A stretch of DNA of 64,000 nt. Origin: a virus. Below, one piece after another: positions 44,745-54,762 of the stretch. Positions within the stretch are counted from its first letter, which is position 1, and every line of letters starts with the position of its first letter. Location: positions 23 through 64,022 of IMG/VR virus record IMGVR_UViG_3300031565_000018; one strand, 5' to 3'. A model generated the notes under the pieces. The model saw nothing but the letters and a program-made list of their open reading frames with translations. It made no database searches and was not told where the DNA came from. The position numbers and the translations under genes were made by a program.

Positions 44745-44747
44745 GAG

Positions 44748-46289
44748 TTAATAAGTGCCTCCGTTGATGTTTGACGGTTGTGTAACAGGCGGGATTAGAG
44801 CACCGTTAGCGTAAGAACCACCATCGAAGATTAAGGCGGAACCGCTCGTAAGCACCCCTGATGCGTAGGTTCCCCCATCGTACTTCTGAAGGGTTGCCGG
44901 ATCGATCGGTTCAAACGGGTTGTACTGATCAAACTGGAACATTTCGAATCCGCTTGCGGACATTGGACTCGAAATACCAGAAACCAACGTGTCAAAGTTC
45001 AGAGTTTTGACCATCGTTGGGTGCATGTCCGCATACATCATGTGGACAGGCACGGTGTTTTGAGAGGGAGAGTACTTTTCCCACCACCGGAGATGCTCTT
45101 GTCTCTTCTCAAACGTTGTCTGTTTTTCTAAGTTCCTCTGGAATTCCTCGCGGTAGCGATCATCCATTGGTTCATCGCTTGGCTGATCGAGCCAAACGTA
45201 AGGGAACATATCCTTACCAAATCGATTTTGTAGATCCCAGAAAGACGCATAGATGTGTTTGCACCAGCGCGGAGCAAAGTAAAGAAGATTCGGATCCGAG
45301 TAAGTAACTGCGCTATCGGTGTAGCTGGGTAAGTTGATTAGCTTCTTGACGTAAAGGAAACCAAAATCTCTTGTAAAACCGGGAAGATCCCTCGAAGGTG
45401 AAGTTCGGTCAGCAAAATAATCAGACCCAGCGTCGTAGCTCCCTGGTTTTAAATCTTGCGGCAGCGTGTAGGGATAGCGCCTCTTAAGGTTGTACTTATA
45501 TAAATTGAAGTCTTCCCGAGCCAGGTAATCCGGGCAGTTACAACCGAAACGCATCTCCGTGGTGAAGTAATCACCGACAGTCGGAAGACCAGCAGGAGCC
45601 TGGAGAGTTTCGTTATTTATGACGGACCAGCTGTTATCCGTATCAATAGAAATAAATATGCTGTTAAAAATTGGAGCGAACGAGGGGACTAAGGGTGTAG
45701 TTCCATTGCCCACGCCGACAACTTTGTAGTTGTTGTACGTGGTTTTCTCGGTGCCATCAGAAGCAAATCGATCAGAGATAACCTCCCCCGTGAAGAAAGA
45801 AATTGGCGGTCCAAAGTTACTGGAAAGTTGAACCGCGTAAACATTGCCTGAAGTCTGCGTTACTGACTGGATCGAGTAACCGAAATCAAGAAAGTTGAAA
45901 GAGTCCCTCGGTCGGATCGCAACCATCCGCATGGCCATATCCTGGCTCATGGATGGGTACATGTAACAGGCACCAGGAAGGGCAGTCCCTATGCCAGCAG
46001 TGCCTGAGATGAAGTATCTAAATGAGTAATTAAGACCTACATACGCTTGGTTAGCGTACATATAGAGCTCATAACCACGCCTCCAACGGGTCCACATGGA
46101 CGCGTAGTTATAGTCAAAAAGGATGCTGAAATCCTTTAAGTTAAAGTCAGGACGGAATTTTTGCTTGAAAGGTAAAGGGCGGTTTAGCTTTGAAGCGTTG
46201 CTAGCGCCCTGAATCTTGTCAAACGCGAAGCTTGACTTTTTTGGCTGGTGTCCCTTCCAGCCAAAGTCGTTTCCGCGCTTGGGTGCCAT
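44748..46289 (-). CDS. Probable virion protein with SWIM-type zinc finger
   Basis: GCNCPDY...WCKHIY; C-terminal (D/N)GGxY repeats. Confidence 0.62.
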   Translation of the reverse strand: MAPKRGNDFGWKGHQPKKSSFAFDKIQGASNASKLNRPLPFKQKFRPDFNLKDFSILFDYNYASMWTRWRRGYELYMYANQAYVGLNYSFRYFISGTAGIGTALPGACYMYPSMSQDMAMRMVAIRPRDSFNFLDFGYSIQSVTQTSGNVYAVQLSSNFGPPISFFTGEVISDRFASDGTEKTTYNNYKVVGVGNGTTPLVPSFAPIFNSIFISIDTDNSWSVINNETLQAPAGLPTVGDYFTTEMRFGCNCPDYLAREDFNLYKYNLKRRYPYTLPQDLKPGSYDAGSDYFADRTSPSRDLPGFTRDFGFLYVKKLINLPSYTDSAVTYSDPNLLYFAPRWCKHIYASFWDLQNRFGKDMFPYVWLDQPSDEPMDDRYREEFQRNLEKQTTFEKRQEHLRWWEKYSPSQNTVPVHMMYADMHPTMVKTLNFDTLVSGISSPMSASGFEMFQFDQYNPFEPIDPATLQKYDGGTYASGVLTSGSALIFDGGSYANGALIPPVTQPSNINGGTY

Positions 46290-46292
46290 GGA

Positions 46293-46850
46293 TCAATAAA
46301 AGCCGCCTTGAGCGAAGATAGTCACTCCAGAAGGACTCAATCCACCGGAGACAGCGGCAGGGCCATCACCGATATAACCGATAGCAAGGATGTAGCCCTT
46401 CTCCAGATAAAGAGCTTCAGACTTACCGATCTCAATAGGACGGATGAGGTTTGTGTCCCCAGTTTGAGGTGTCGGGGCGACTGTGGCAGGGAGCTCAACA
46501 CGCTGAATAAGTCCCTCAGTATCGCCTGAAAGTCCCACTTCGAACTTACCGATCATCATCGATGCGGAAGTTGAAGGGGATGCTTGATTCGGTGCGTAGA
46601 TGTAAACACCGAATGCAGCGCTCCGGACACCACCGTCGTTCGGATACCCTTCGTTGGAAACAATAAAGAGGTCCTCAACCAGAGCACCGTCCTCAGAAGG
46701 CACGTCGCCTACACGAACGAGTTGGATAAGACTTCCAAACTCGGGGCTGCTCGTGCTCGAGATTGTCCCAGTGCCACTGTTGATCTTGGCGCCCCGAATA
46801 AAGGGACGGTCAACCATTAGCGGTTGTTTGTTCGTGCTAGTCGAGGCCAT
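46293..46850 (-). CDS. Hypothetical virion protein
   Basis: 185-aa beta-rich ORF in the structural block. Confidence 0.65.
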   Translation of the reverse strand: MASTSTNKQPLMVDRPFIRGAKINSGTGTISSTSSPEFGSLIQLVRVGDVPSEDGALVEDLFIVSNEGYPNDGGVRSAAFGVYIYAPNQASPSTSASMMIGKFEVGLSGDTEGLIQRVELPATVAPTPQTGDTNLIRPIEIGKSEALYLEKGYILAIGYIGDGPAAVSGGLSPSGVTIFAQGGFY

Positions 46851-46874
46851 TACGTGCTCTAGTTAAAGGTGGTG

Positions 46875-47372
46875 CTACTGAACAGGTGTAGCCTGTTGCA
46901 AAGGGGTAGAGGCCCCACGAAGCTCGTCTTCCTTCTGCTTTTTTTTATACTCCTCAGTCTTGACGATTAAGTCGGCAAGCACCTCTGGGTCAGCAAAAAG
47001 ACTGCTGATAACTTCTTTGTAATCCTCCAATCTCCGGTCTTTTTCTGGAGATCTAGTCTCGTCTTGCTCCATACGCTGCATGAACTCACCGAGTCGGTTG
47101 CCAGCAGACCTGTAACCACCATAAGGTCTTTGGGGGAAACCTTTATAGGCACGGATAGTGTTGTTAATGCCCTCCGCTAAATCAGCGGCGGCTCCAAGGA
47201 AGCTACCGATACCGTTAGTTTCTTTAGGTGGTTCTGCAGACGAAGGAACGCTGAAAATAGCGGCACCAGCAGCTTGACCCGCATCTCCATAGCGGGGAAT
47301 ATCAATACCGAAATCCATACCGGATGTATAAAAGTCCAGTGGATCAAGATTGTACTGACCAGTAATAGACAT
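46875..47372 (-). CDS. Hypothetical protein, possible internal virion protein
   Basis: 165-aa ORF. Confidence 0.65.
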   Translation of the reverse strand: MSITGQYNLDPLDFYTSGMDFGIDIPRYGDAGQAAGAAIFSVPSSAEPPKETNGIGSFLGAAADLAEGINNTIRAYKGFPQRPYGGYRSAGNRLGEFMQRMEQDETRSPEKDRRLEDYKEVISSLFADPEVLADLIVKTEEYKKKQKEDELRGASTPLQQATPVQ

Positions 47373-47402
47373 CGAACCAATCTCCCTACTTAGAGTTTAC
47401 TA

Positions 47403-49175
47403 TCAGCGTCCCATAAGGACACTTTCAAGTAGATCTTGACCCCTTTGTAGCTTTACGCCCTGGATCATCCGAGTTGCGTCCTCAAGGTCAGCTCCTCCCG
47501 CAGTGGGGTTGACGGCTTGAGAACCAACCGCTTCAGCTGCACCAATAGGGTTGGCCATTGTGTTATCGGAACCCATCTGGGTGCCTACCACAGTGGGTGT
47601 ACTAACAGCTTCGGGGGATTGCTGGTTAGCAGCAGGATTAGCGAGAGCACGGCGCTGCATTTCGTAAGCCAGACCAGGGAACTTCTGTGCCCAAATCTCA
47701 AGGTCTGCAGACATCTGCGGGGAGCCGCCAGTCCCGCCGACATACTTCAGAAGTTCACGATTAACTTCCGGTTGAGCGGAATAAGCTGCGCGAGCACGGT
47801 AATAGTCAGCGATGTTCTTATATCGCTCAGGACTCATAGGCTCCATCAGGCGCTCAGCCGCAGCAACCCGTGGATCGGCCTGAGCAAGTTGCTCCCGCCT
47901 TTCACTTGCACGGTCACCGTTGGTTACGACGGGAGCGGGAAGCGTGGGGTCAACGTTGGAGCCACCGGGAGGAACTGCGCCAGGAAAGGTGGGAGGAGCA
48001 ACCGTCGGGTCGATTGGAGGAACTCCAGGAGGTTGAGCGGTCACAGGAGTTTCAAGAGTCGGGCTGGGTTGCGTTTCAGGCTGGCCAGCCATTTGATCGA
48101 CTGCCTCGTTAATACCTTGAGGCATCGAGGGGGCTCTATCGCCGCCTCCAGCCATACGGCTAAGACCAGCAACGCCAAGACCACCAGCGGTCAAACCAAG
48201 ACCAGCCAGAATCGCGGGGTCGACATTTCGGAGAAGACCGAAATCAGCCTTCTGGACGCCAGGAACAGCAGCTGAAAGCATCTCAGGGTCAAGGACGCGA
48301 ACACTGACGTCTTCGGCGGTCTGATTAACAACGCTACCGCCGGGTGAGCGGACCAAAGCACCCGGATCGCCAGGGCGAGTCATGGCAGAGCCACGGGTGG
48401 GAACCATCGGTCCTCCCTGAGCCAAACGAACGGCAGTGGGAAGGTCGTTACCTGCTTCGATAAAGTTAATAACCTTATTTCCGTTAGGACCAGTAATAGC
48501 TTCGACGACTTCAAGCATCGGAGCACCGGTCTTCTGCGCTAAAGGAGCAGAAAGCTCAGCAATTGCACGGAAAGTACCAGGGTCAGCCTGACGCAGCGAC
48601 ATAAGCTCATCGCTCATGCGTTGAACGTTGAACTGAGGTTCAGGAGCGGGAGCACCACTCATTCGAGCGGGACCCTGGACCGCCGTGGTACGGGGGACTT
48701 GACTCAAGCGAGCCTGACGAGCAGCTTCCTCAAGGAAGGAAGGGCTAGCGCCACCCCGCTGAAGACGCATCAAGATCTCAGGGTCAACCCGTCCCATAAG
48801 ACCTGCTTGCTCCGCTTCGGTGGCAATGCCGCGCATCCGAGAAGCAGAAGATTCAGCAGGAAGAGCACGCTGCTCAGAACGAATAACATCCGTAACGTCT
48901 TCACCCGCAGATTTTGCGGGGGAATAAGCCCGTGCTCCTCCTCCGGGTTGACGGAGATCAAGACGAAGTTGACTACCCTGAAGAGGTTCAGGGGCACGAG
49001 AAGGACGGATTTGCTCAATAGCTTCCTTTACTTCTCGTGCTTGCTGAGGCGTAATTCCTTTACCGCCAAGAGCACGCTGAATAAGATCAAGAGTATCGTC
49101 CGCACTTGACTTGGCACCCCTTGCAAAGTCGGAAAGACCTTGGACAATATTTAAAAACCCTTCGGGAGACGCCAC
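47403..49175 (-). CDS. Large Pro/Ala/Gly-rich protein, possible ejection/internal protein
   Basis: 590-aa, low complexity, one hydrophobic segment ILAGLGLTAGGLGVAGL. Confidence 0.65.
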   Translation of the reverse strand: MASPEGFLNIVQGLSDFARGAKSSADDTLDLIQRALGGKGITPQQAREVKEAIEQIRPSRAPEPLQGSQLRLDLRQPGGGARAYSPAKSAGEDVTDVIRSEQRALPAESSASRMRGIATEAEQAGLMGRVDPEILMRLQRGGASPSFLEEAARQARLSQVPRTTAVQGPARMSGAPAPEPQFNVQRMSDELMSLRQADPGTFRAIAELSAPLAQKTGAPMLEVVEAITGPNGNKVINFIEAGNDLPTAVRLAQGGPMVPTRGSAMTRPGDPGALVRSPGGSVVNQTAEDVSVRVLDPEMLSAAVPGVQKADFGLLRNVDPAILAGLGLTAGGLGVAGLSRMAGGGDRAPSMPQGINEAVDQMAGQPETQPSPTLETPVTAQPPGVPPIDPTVAPPTFPGAVPPGGSNVDPTLPAPVVTNGDRASERREQLAQADPRVAAAERLMEPMSPERYKNIADYYRARAAYSAQPEVNRELLKYVGGTGGSPQMSADLEIWAQKFPGLAYEMQRRALANPAANQQSPEAVSTPTVVGTQMGSDNTMANPIGAAEAVGSQAVNPTAGGADLEDATRMIQGVKLQRGQDLLESVLMGR

Positions 49176-49203
49176 AGGGATACAGAGCTAGCTGTATATG
49201 AGT

Positions 49204-49824
49204 TTAGCGCCAATTAGCGTAAAAATAGAGTCGATCAGAACGAGAGACATCCGGAGGACCCGGAATAGCTTGAATAAACTCTCCGCCGCTTCTCTCAAAA
49301 CGGTAGCGAGAGGCCACGGGATCTCGATAGTTAGCCACATAGAGCATCTGTGCCAAGCGATCACACTCGTAGAGATAGTTCTCGCGCCAGATACGCGCAG
49401 TCTCACGTTTATCTTGAATATTGATCGAGCGGCTGACGTCGCCAAGAATCGTTTCCTGGCGGCTAGTTGCGCGACCTGTTGCTAATTCAGTCAGACGCTC
49501 AGCGTCTTCGCAACGTTCGACCTGTTGAACAATTTTGTCGTAATAAAACTCACTCGGAATGCTGTTGCAAGCCTCAAGAAGTCTTGCGTAATCGCCAGCC
49601 GGGACTGTGGCGATGTTATACGCTAAATGGTACGCAACACGACTGAAATTAAAGTCATCAAGCGCATAACCAAAGACCTGCGCCGGATTTCGCGTCAGCT
49701 GATTAACAGCTGAGTAGATAATTTCTCGCTTAGACGCGTCAGTGGTCGTGGCGTTAAATACAACGCCTTGTTGAGCTAAATAACTCTGAATCTGTTCAAG
49801 TTCGTTCGGAGTTAATTGCGCCAC
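49204..49824 (-). CDS. Putative head-tail adaptor/neck protein
   Basis: 206-aa helical ORF downstream of capsid genes; function inferred from position. Confidence 0.45.
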   Translation of the reverse strand: MAQLTPNELEQIQSYLAQQGVVFNATTTDASKREIIYSAVNQLTRNPAQVFGYALDDFNFSRVAYHLAYNIATVPAGDYARLLEACNSIPSEFYYDKIVQQVERCEDAERLTELATGRATSRQETILGDVSRSINIQDKRETARIWRENYLYECDRLAQMLYVANYRDPVASRYRFERSGGEFIQAIPGPPDVSRSDRLYFYANWR

Positions 49825-49846
49825 GACCTAAAGACACCTATTTCTT

Positions 49847-50305
49847 TTATTCTACGTACACCGAACCCGTAGCAAACACTTCTTGCCAATCAACTCGTTT
49901 GATTGATTCAAGCTGCTCGAGCTTGCTGAAGCGTTCGCCAGGCAGCGACTGTCTTAATTCGACGATTTCTTTAGCTGTTTTTAGGCCGACGCCAGGGAGA
50001 CACTGAGTCAGACCCTCAGGAGTCAGATTATTTAAGTTAATTCGATCGTCGACAGGAGGGAGGGGCTTCACAACCTTGGGAGCTTCCTCTGAGCTCTGGA
50101 CTCTCTTGCGGCCACGGCGTGTACTCAACGAGTTTGCACCGGGTTGAGGCTCTTTATCTTCTTTGAAGTCTTCAACTTGGTCTTTATGTGCAAAAAACAC
50201 CTTGCCTGAGGTGCTAGACCGCACCATCAAGAACTCACCTTCATCATGGGTGGAAATCACGTCAACCTTGATTCCACTGGGCTTGTAAAGATGTGCAGCC
50301 ATCAT
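49847..50305 (-). CDS. Helix-hairpin-helix (ComEA-like) DNA-binding protein
   Basis: RINLNNLTPEGL...LPGVGLKTAKEIVELR...FSKLEQLESI. Confidence 0.85.
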   Translation of the reverse strand: MMAAHLYKPSGIKVDVISTHDEGEFLMVRSSTSGKVFFAHKDQVEDFKEDKEPQPGANSLSTRRGRKRVQSSEEAPKVVKPLPPVDDRINLNNLTPEGLTQCLPGVGLKTAKEIVELRQSLPGERFSKLEQLESIKRVDWQEVFATGSVYVE

Positions 50306-50372
50306 CTGAGGCAGTATGTAGGCAGTACTTTAGTTCAAACTTAGGTAAAATAAACACACTAGTCGTAGAAAG

Positions 50373-50846
50373 ATGCCTAAACCGCGTTTCGCAGGTGCAA
50401 GATTAGGTTTTCTCAAGGCACTCCCAGTTGTAGGTGATGTAATTGCCGTTGCTTCAGAGTTAGCTAACCCCGAAGCAAGCCCTGCGCAGCGTGTTGTTAA
50501 TGCAGGTATTGTCGGTGGAGGTGGTTTATTCTTGAGTGCGGCTACCGCAGGCCTAGATTTTATTCCTCAAGCAGTTGACTTCGCAAATGACCTTACGGGT
50601 GGCCCAAAAGGACCAGAAAAATTAAGGCAAATGCAGGCATGCGCTACAGTTACAAACCCCGATAAGCATTTACGAGCACTTTCGACAAAATTAGGACCAG
50701 ATAAGTACAACAACTTTTATGGAACTGACTTCGCACGGGCGGCTGATCAATGTGGACAGAGTATGATCCCCCCTCAGTACAAAACTGAAGAGGAGAAAAT
50801 CAAGTACCTCCAATATCTTGGCTCCGGAATGGGTCGTATGTTCTAA
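50373..50846 (+). CDS. Hypothetical protein starting MPKPRFAG
   Basis: 157-aa ORF on the opposite strand, with its own -10-like box. Confidence 0.65.
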   Translation: MPKPRFAGARLGFLKALPVVGDVIAVASELANPEASPAQRVVNAGIVGGGGLFLSAATAGLDFIPQAVDFANDLTGGPKGPEKLRQMQACATVTNPDKHLRALSTKLGPDKYNNFYGTDFARAADQCGQSMIPPQYKTEEEKIKYLQYLGSGMGRMF

Positions 50847-51106
50847 CTTTCGAAACAATTGTCGATATCTTTAGTTAACTGACCTAAGAACTCAGCCCTT
50901 TTCTCCCAGGTGTCCCCTCCCACCTGGCCTTTTTTTGGGTTGATACACTCTGGATCGTTGACCTTGTTGCAAACAAGACCCGCAAGGTCTAATTCGTTGC
51001 CTTTGCAACCAGTTCGCCAGTGGTGAACGCCGTTTAACCACAGAGCGCCACATTCTTTGCACTCTTTACGATCTAGTTTTAGATCAGAAAACTCCCGATC
51101 GTCCAT
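50843..51106 (-). CDS. Cys-rich cyanophage hypothetical protein
   Basis: CKECGALWLNGVHHW.TG...DLAGLVCN...CINP. Confidence 0.65.
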   Translation of the reverse strand: MDDREFSDLKLDRKECKECGALWLNGVHHWRTGCKGNELDLAGLVCNKVNDPECINPKKGQVGGDTWEKRAEFLGQLTKDIDNCFES

Positions 51107-51197
51107 ATTACACAGTCAATATGGTACACATAAAGAACTCTAGGCTTGGAATATCTTAAATAAGCCGAAGATATCGTTAAAAAGGTCATACCAAGAC

Positions 51198-51223
51198 AAA
51201 AAAAACCCCTCCCGAAGGAGGGG
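51198..51223 (-). terminator. Intrinsic terminator ending the capsid operon
   Basis: Minus strand CCCCTCC-TTCG-GGAGGGG then T tract. Confidence 0.88.
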
Positions 51224-51249
51224 CTCCGTGGTTTCGCGAGGAAACTCTA

Positions 51250-52128
51250 TCAGGAAGGAGAGGTCGAGGTGTAGATCTGCGACTCGACGACACCATCGGG
51301 CTGCAGAGCCAGATCCTGACGCTCGGGGGGCTCGTCGGCAACGATCCAGCAGACTTCGCAGATTGCGAGAGCCTTGTCCTTGCCGGACAGCTTGCCAGCA
51401 CCAGCGCGGGGATCGTAGATACCCGAACCTTGAGCCAGACCGGAGGCAGAGGCGCCACCCAGGTCGGTGGTGGTGAACAGCTTCCACTGAGTCTCGGAAC
51501 CCAGAGCAGCGAGGCTGCTGGAGTCGATGATGTTGGTGGAAGCAGTGCTGCCGTTAGCAATGCGGCTGGAGGAGCCGGTGATCGAAGCACCGAACTGACC
51601 AGACACCACAGTGCCGTCGTCAAGCAGACCTTGACCCACAGCGGGGATCAGGGTCAGCTGAGGGGTGGCAGAACCACCGGCAACGCCGGAGCTCACAATG
51701 TCGCCGCCATCAACGCGCAGGGAAGCGCGATAGACGTAAGCGCCAGCGGGAGCTTTGATGCCATCGGTGATATCAGCCCGGACATCCTTATGGAAGTCGG
51801 GAGAAGGAACGATGACTTCGGCGTTCAGGAAGGGCTGTTCGGCGCTGTTCTGACCCGAGCCATAAGGACGGGTGTAGTAGGACAGCTGGTTGGTAGAACC
51901 CAGATCCTGATAGCTCAGGTCCACGTAACCAACGGCCTGCTGAGCGATCCAACCGGGGCGGAAGACCACGCCGACAGGACCACCAACGGGCTGGTTGGTG
52001 TAGCTGGTTTGAACGCCGTTTGCGTTCTCGAACTGAACGGTCTTTTCTTCGTGCCAGTAACGAAGAACGTTCGTGTAGTTGCCAGGATAAATCTTGGCAA
52101 CGTGTAACTGGTTAGAGTTGATCGCCAT
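51250..52128 (-). CDS. Capsid-associated (decoration/minor capsid) protein
   Basis: Directly after the MCP in the same transcript; strong C-ending codon bias. Confidence 0.55.
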   Translation of the reverse strand: MAINSNQLHVAKIYPGNYTNVLRYWHEEKTVQFENANGVQTSYTNQPVGGPVGVVFRPGWIAQQAVGYVDLSYQDLGSTNQLSYYTRPYGSGQNSAEQPFLNAEVIVPSPDFHKDVRADITDGIKAPAGAYVYRASLRVDGGDIVSSGVAGGSATPQLTLIPAVGQGLLDDGTVVSGQFGASITGSSSRIANGSTASTNIIDSSSLAALGSETQWKLFTTTDLGGASASGLAQGSGIYDPRAGAGKLSGKDKALAICEVCWIVADEPPERQDLALQPDGVVESQIYTSTSPS

Positions 52129-52142
52129 TGTTAGTTACCTCC

Positions 52143-53258
52143 TTAAGCGTCGAAAGAGTAACCAACGGTGACGAAGTCAGCGTTCAGGAGTTCGAAACCT
52201 GCGTACAGGCTCCAAATCATCATGATGAAGCGGCTGAAATCGTCGTTGTTGTTGAGGAGCACCTGGGCATTGTTGCCACCGATGCCAACGCCAACGGCCT
52301 GGGGACCAAAGAAGATACCGACAGCTGCGTTGTAATCAGCGGCGGTAGCAGCGATGGTCGCGTTCTGGGTTTGGGTAGGCATGTTGGTCGATTCGAAGAA
52401 TCGCACGCCTTCAAACACGAAGCCGGTGGGCATGATGGGCTCGCCAGCCACGAAGGTGGCTTGACCGAAGCCCTGACCCATGTACAGCGCAGCGTTGGGC
52501 TGCATGCCGGACATGAGGGGGTTGATCTGACCGTTGCCAGGGTAACGAGCAACTTCGCGGAAGTCGCTGTTCTGACGCAGGTGCATCAGGAAGGTGGGAT
52601 CGCAAACGCAGCGATAGAAACCATCCTGGAAGGTGGGGGTGTTCCGCTTACGCAGGGACTTGACCACGCGGAGGAGGTCGTCCTTGACGTCGAACTTAGC
52701 TTGCTCGGCGTTGGTGTAAGTCAGAGCACCGGTAGCCAGATCGCCGGGGAAGTAGTAACCACCCTGGGAATCAGTGGCTTGACCCTTGGAGACAGCTTTC
52801 AGGAGTTCGTTGATGAACACCCGATCACGCCACCGACGGTAGTCATCCAGCAGAGTCAGGCTGCCGATGGACTGGTGGAAGGTGGTGAGGTTGCCGGTGT
52901 CCAGCAGAAGACGCTGGGCGGTGATCAGAGTCTCGCGAGCAATCTTAAAGGTGCTCGGCTGAGTCGGATCGGACGGGTCGGCAGGTCCGGTGTACTCCTT
53001 AAGAGTAACCAGAACCTTGTCTTTCACGATATTGCGGCTGTTTGCAGTACCGATGGTCTGCTCAGCAGTGCGCTCGCGAGATTCTTTGGAGCCGGGGTTA
53101 CCGAAGAAGCGGTAACGATCCAGTTGTACAGTCTGGCCGGGTTGCTTCGAGAAATCGTGAACAACCACAGGCTCCGCAGCCATCTCAACGATGTATGCGG
53201 GGTGCGGACGGTACAGTTCAGCACCAAGAATCTTCGGAAAATCATTATCGATAAACAT
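52143..53258 (-). CDS. Major capsid protein
   Basis: 371 aa; DFSKQPGQTVQL, EYTGP, VCDP, FEGVRFFES patterns typical of HK97-fold N4-gp56-like MCPs; strongest codon bias in the window; position. Confidence 0.82.
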   Translation of the reverse strand: MFIDNDFPKILGAELYRPHPAYIVEMAAEPVVVHDFSKQPGQTVQLDRYRFFGNPGSKESRERTAEQTIGTANSRNIVKDKVLVTLKEYTGPADPSDPTQPSTFKIARETLITAQRLLLDTGNLTTFHQSIGSLTLLDDYRRWRDRVFINELLKAVSKGQATDSQGGYYFPGDLATGALTYTNAEQAKFDVKDDLLRVVKSLRKRNTPTFQDGFYRCVCDPTFLMHLRQNSDFREVARYPGNGQINPLMSGMQPNAALYMGQGFGQATFVAGEPIMPTGFVFEGVRFFESTNMPTQTQNATIAATAADYNAAVGIFFGPQAVGVGIGGNNAQVLLNNNDDFSRFIMMIWSLYAGFELLNADFVTVGYSFDA

Positions 53259-53342
53259 CGATATGACTCGGAAGAAACTACAAGATAAATATTAACCGGT
53301 CTAAGTACACATACTACTCTTAAACAGTTGCATACTTAGCGT

Positions 53343-54158
53343 TTAGACACTTTTTTGGTTTGAACTATTAACTCCAGGGCTAAAGGTGCGCACCATGTTC
53401 CTGACCCCCTCGCCCAGGACACCGTATACAGAACCATAGTTCGGAACATATCGCGTGGACTTACCTCTGTAAGAGCTTCTTGTAACCGTGCTCATAGAGC
53501 CCGGCACATCGCTTCGAACTGACTCAACGTAGGTCTTGCAATAAGCGGGGTAGTTGTATTGCCATGCGGCTCTAGACCCCGAAGTATCGTTCGTCGGGTT
53601 AGTGAGCATGGGGGTCTTAACACGCTCGTAAGACCCCGGTCCTCCTGTGATACCTCCAGTACTAGATGTGTTATCTGAAGGTGTCTGAAAAGGTGCGTAA
53701 TTTTGGTTGTCCGGCACACTGCCGCCGAACCAAGTGTACGCACCAAAATTTCTCAGACCTGGCTGTGGGCCTAGAGCAGTCTGAACTGTACGACCGGCAA
53801 CGCTATACAAACCTTGCGCTCTAAAACCGTCGTAGACAGTGAGGAGACCTGACGCAGCCGCATAAGAGTTGTTGTAATCAGTCCAATAACCAGATACAGC
53901 AGGAGGGACAAAGCGCCATTCAGTATTTAAAAACCCACTGATATTTGGGGGACCTACAGGAATATTTCCGAAATCTGCCCCCTCGTCGTTTACCCCATAC
54001 CAAGTCTGTTTGAGCCCACTCGGCGTTACGTAACCACTCGACACAACTACATAGGTATCCCTGACATCCAAGTTGTCAGCCGTCCTCTGGGGACCTGACT
54101 GAATACGGTGATACAGGTTTTTATCGTATTTCCAGTTTGTTTGAGGCGTGTAACTCAT
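53343..54158 (-). CDS. Hypothetical Tyr/Gly/Ser-rich virion protein
   Basis: 271-aa ORF upstream of the MCP. Confidence 0.65.
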   Translation of the reverse strand: MSYTPQTNWKYDKNLYHRIQSGPQRTADNLDVRDTYVVVSSGYVTPSGLKQTWYGVNDEGADFGNIPVGPPNISGFLNTEWRFVPPAVSGYWTDYNNSYAAASGLLTVYDGFRAQGLYSVAGRTVQTALGPQPGLRNFGAYTWFGGSVPDNQNYAPFQTPSDNTSSTGGITGGPGSYERVKTPMLTNPTNDTSGSRAAWQYNYPAYCKTYVESVRSDVPGSMSTVTRSSYRGKSTRYVPNYGSVYGVLGEGVRNMVRTFSPGVNSSNQKSV

Positions 54159-54219
54159 GGGTCGGCCCTTTTTAAATACATTTTACTTGGTCTAAAATTT
54201 ATACAGATATAAAAAGTAG

Positions 54220-54582
54220 ATGCAGCTACCAGCTGAAGAGACTGTGTCTTACTTTCTGGCAGACCCAGAGATGGCAGCAGCCTCGTTTTCAGGCTCTGTC
54301 ACAGATGTCCTAGTGCACCCTCAAAAATTCAAAAAATTTCTTCCTTACTTAATTAAAACCGTCTTGGCTGGGTACTTACTCGCTACCTATGTAAGTCCCG
54401 CTATAGTTGAAAAATTCAAGCTGACACAAAAAGAGGCCTTAGCGGCCTCCTTCGTGGTTGGTTATGCAGGTATTCGAATTCTTAACCATCTGGAGAGAGT
54501 CGCAGAAGAAGAACTCAAAAAAAGAATGGGTTCTAGAGCTCAGTCAATGACCAAGGATTCATCAAACGAGTCGGAAGACTGA
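54220..54582 (+). CDS. Membrane protein, holin-like
   Basis: TVLAGYLLATYVSPAI and ASFVVGYAGIRIL hydrophobic helices; charged C-terminus. Confidence 0.58.
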   Translation: MQLPAEETVSYFLADPEMAAASFSGSVTDVLVHPQKFKKFLPYLIKTVLAGYLLATYVSPAIVEKFKLTQKEALAASFVVGYAGIRILNHLERVAEEELKKRMGSRAQSMTKDSSNESED

Positions 54583-54680
54583 GGCTCCTGGGTAGGTTGC
54601 TGAGCAGGCTGCTCGGAGGTAGCTGCGGGCTTAGGTGCCTCAACAGGATTTTTACGACGAATGTCGCCTAAAGCACGCAT
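54540..54680 (-). CDS. 46-aa Pro/Gln-rich peptide (MRALGDIRRKNPVEAPKPAATSEQ...)
   Basis: Hand translation; ATG after a terminator; convergent overlap with 54220..54582. Confidence 0.45.
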   Translation of the reverse strand: MRALGDIRRKNPVEAPKPAATSEQPAQQPTQEPQSSDSFDESLVID

Positions 54681-54714
54681 GGTGTTTCTCTGGTTCTTTT
54701 AAAAGATTAGCAAG

Positions 54715-54740
54715 AAAAAACCCCTCCTTTTCAGGAGAGG
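54715..54740 (-). terminator. Intrinsic terminator after the scaffold gene
   Basis: Minus strand CCTCTCCT-GAAA-AGGAGGGG then TTTTTT. Confidence 0.8.
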
Positions 54741-54762
54741 CTGATCACCTAGTTTTTCTGAA

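Noticed and set aside
47517-52107. Long antisense ORFs 47517..48275 and 51430..52107
   Set aside because: Mirror frames of GC-rich structural genes with atypical composition
52128-53288. 386-aa plus-strand ORF antisense to the major capsid gene
   Set aside because: Shadow ORF expected from strong codon bias; no recognisable motifs
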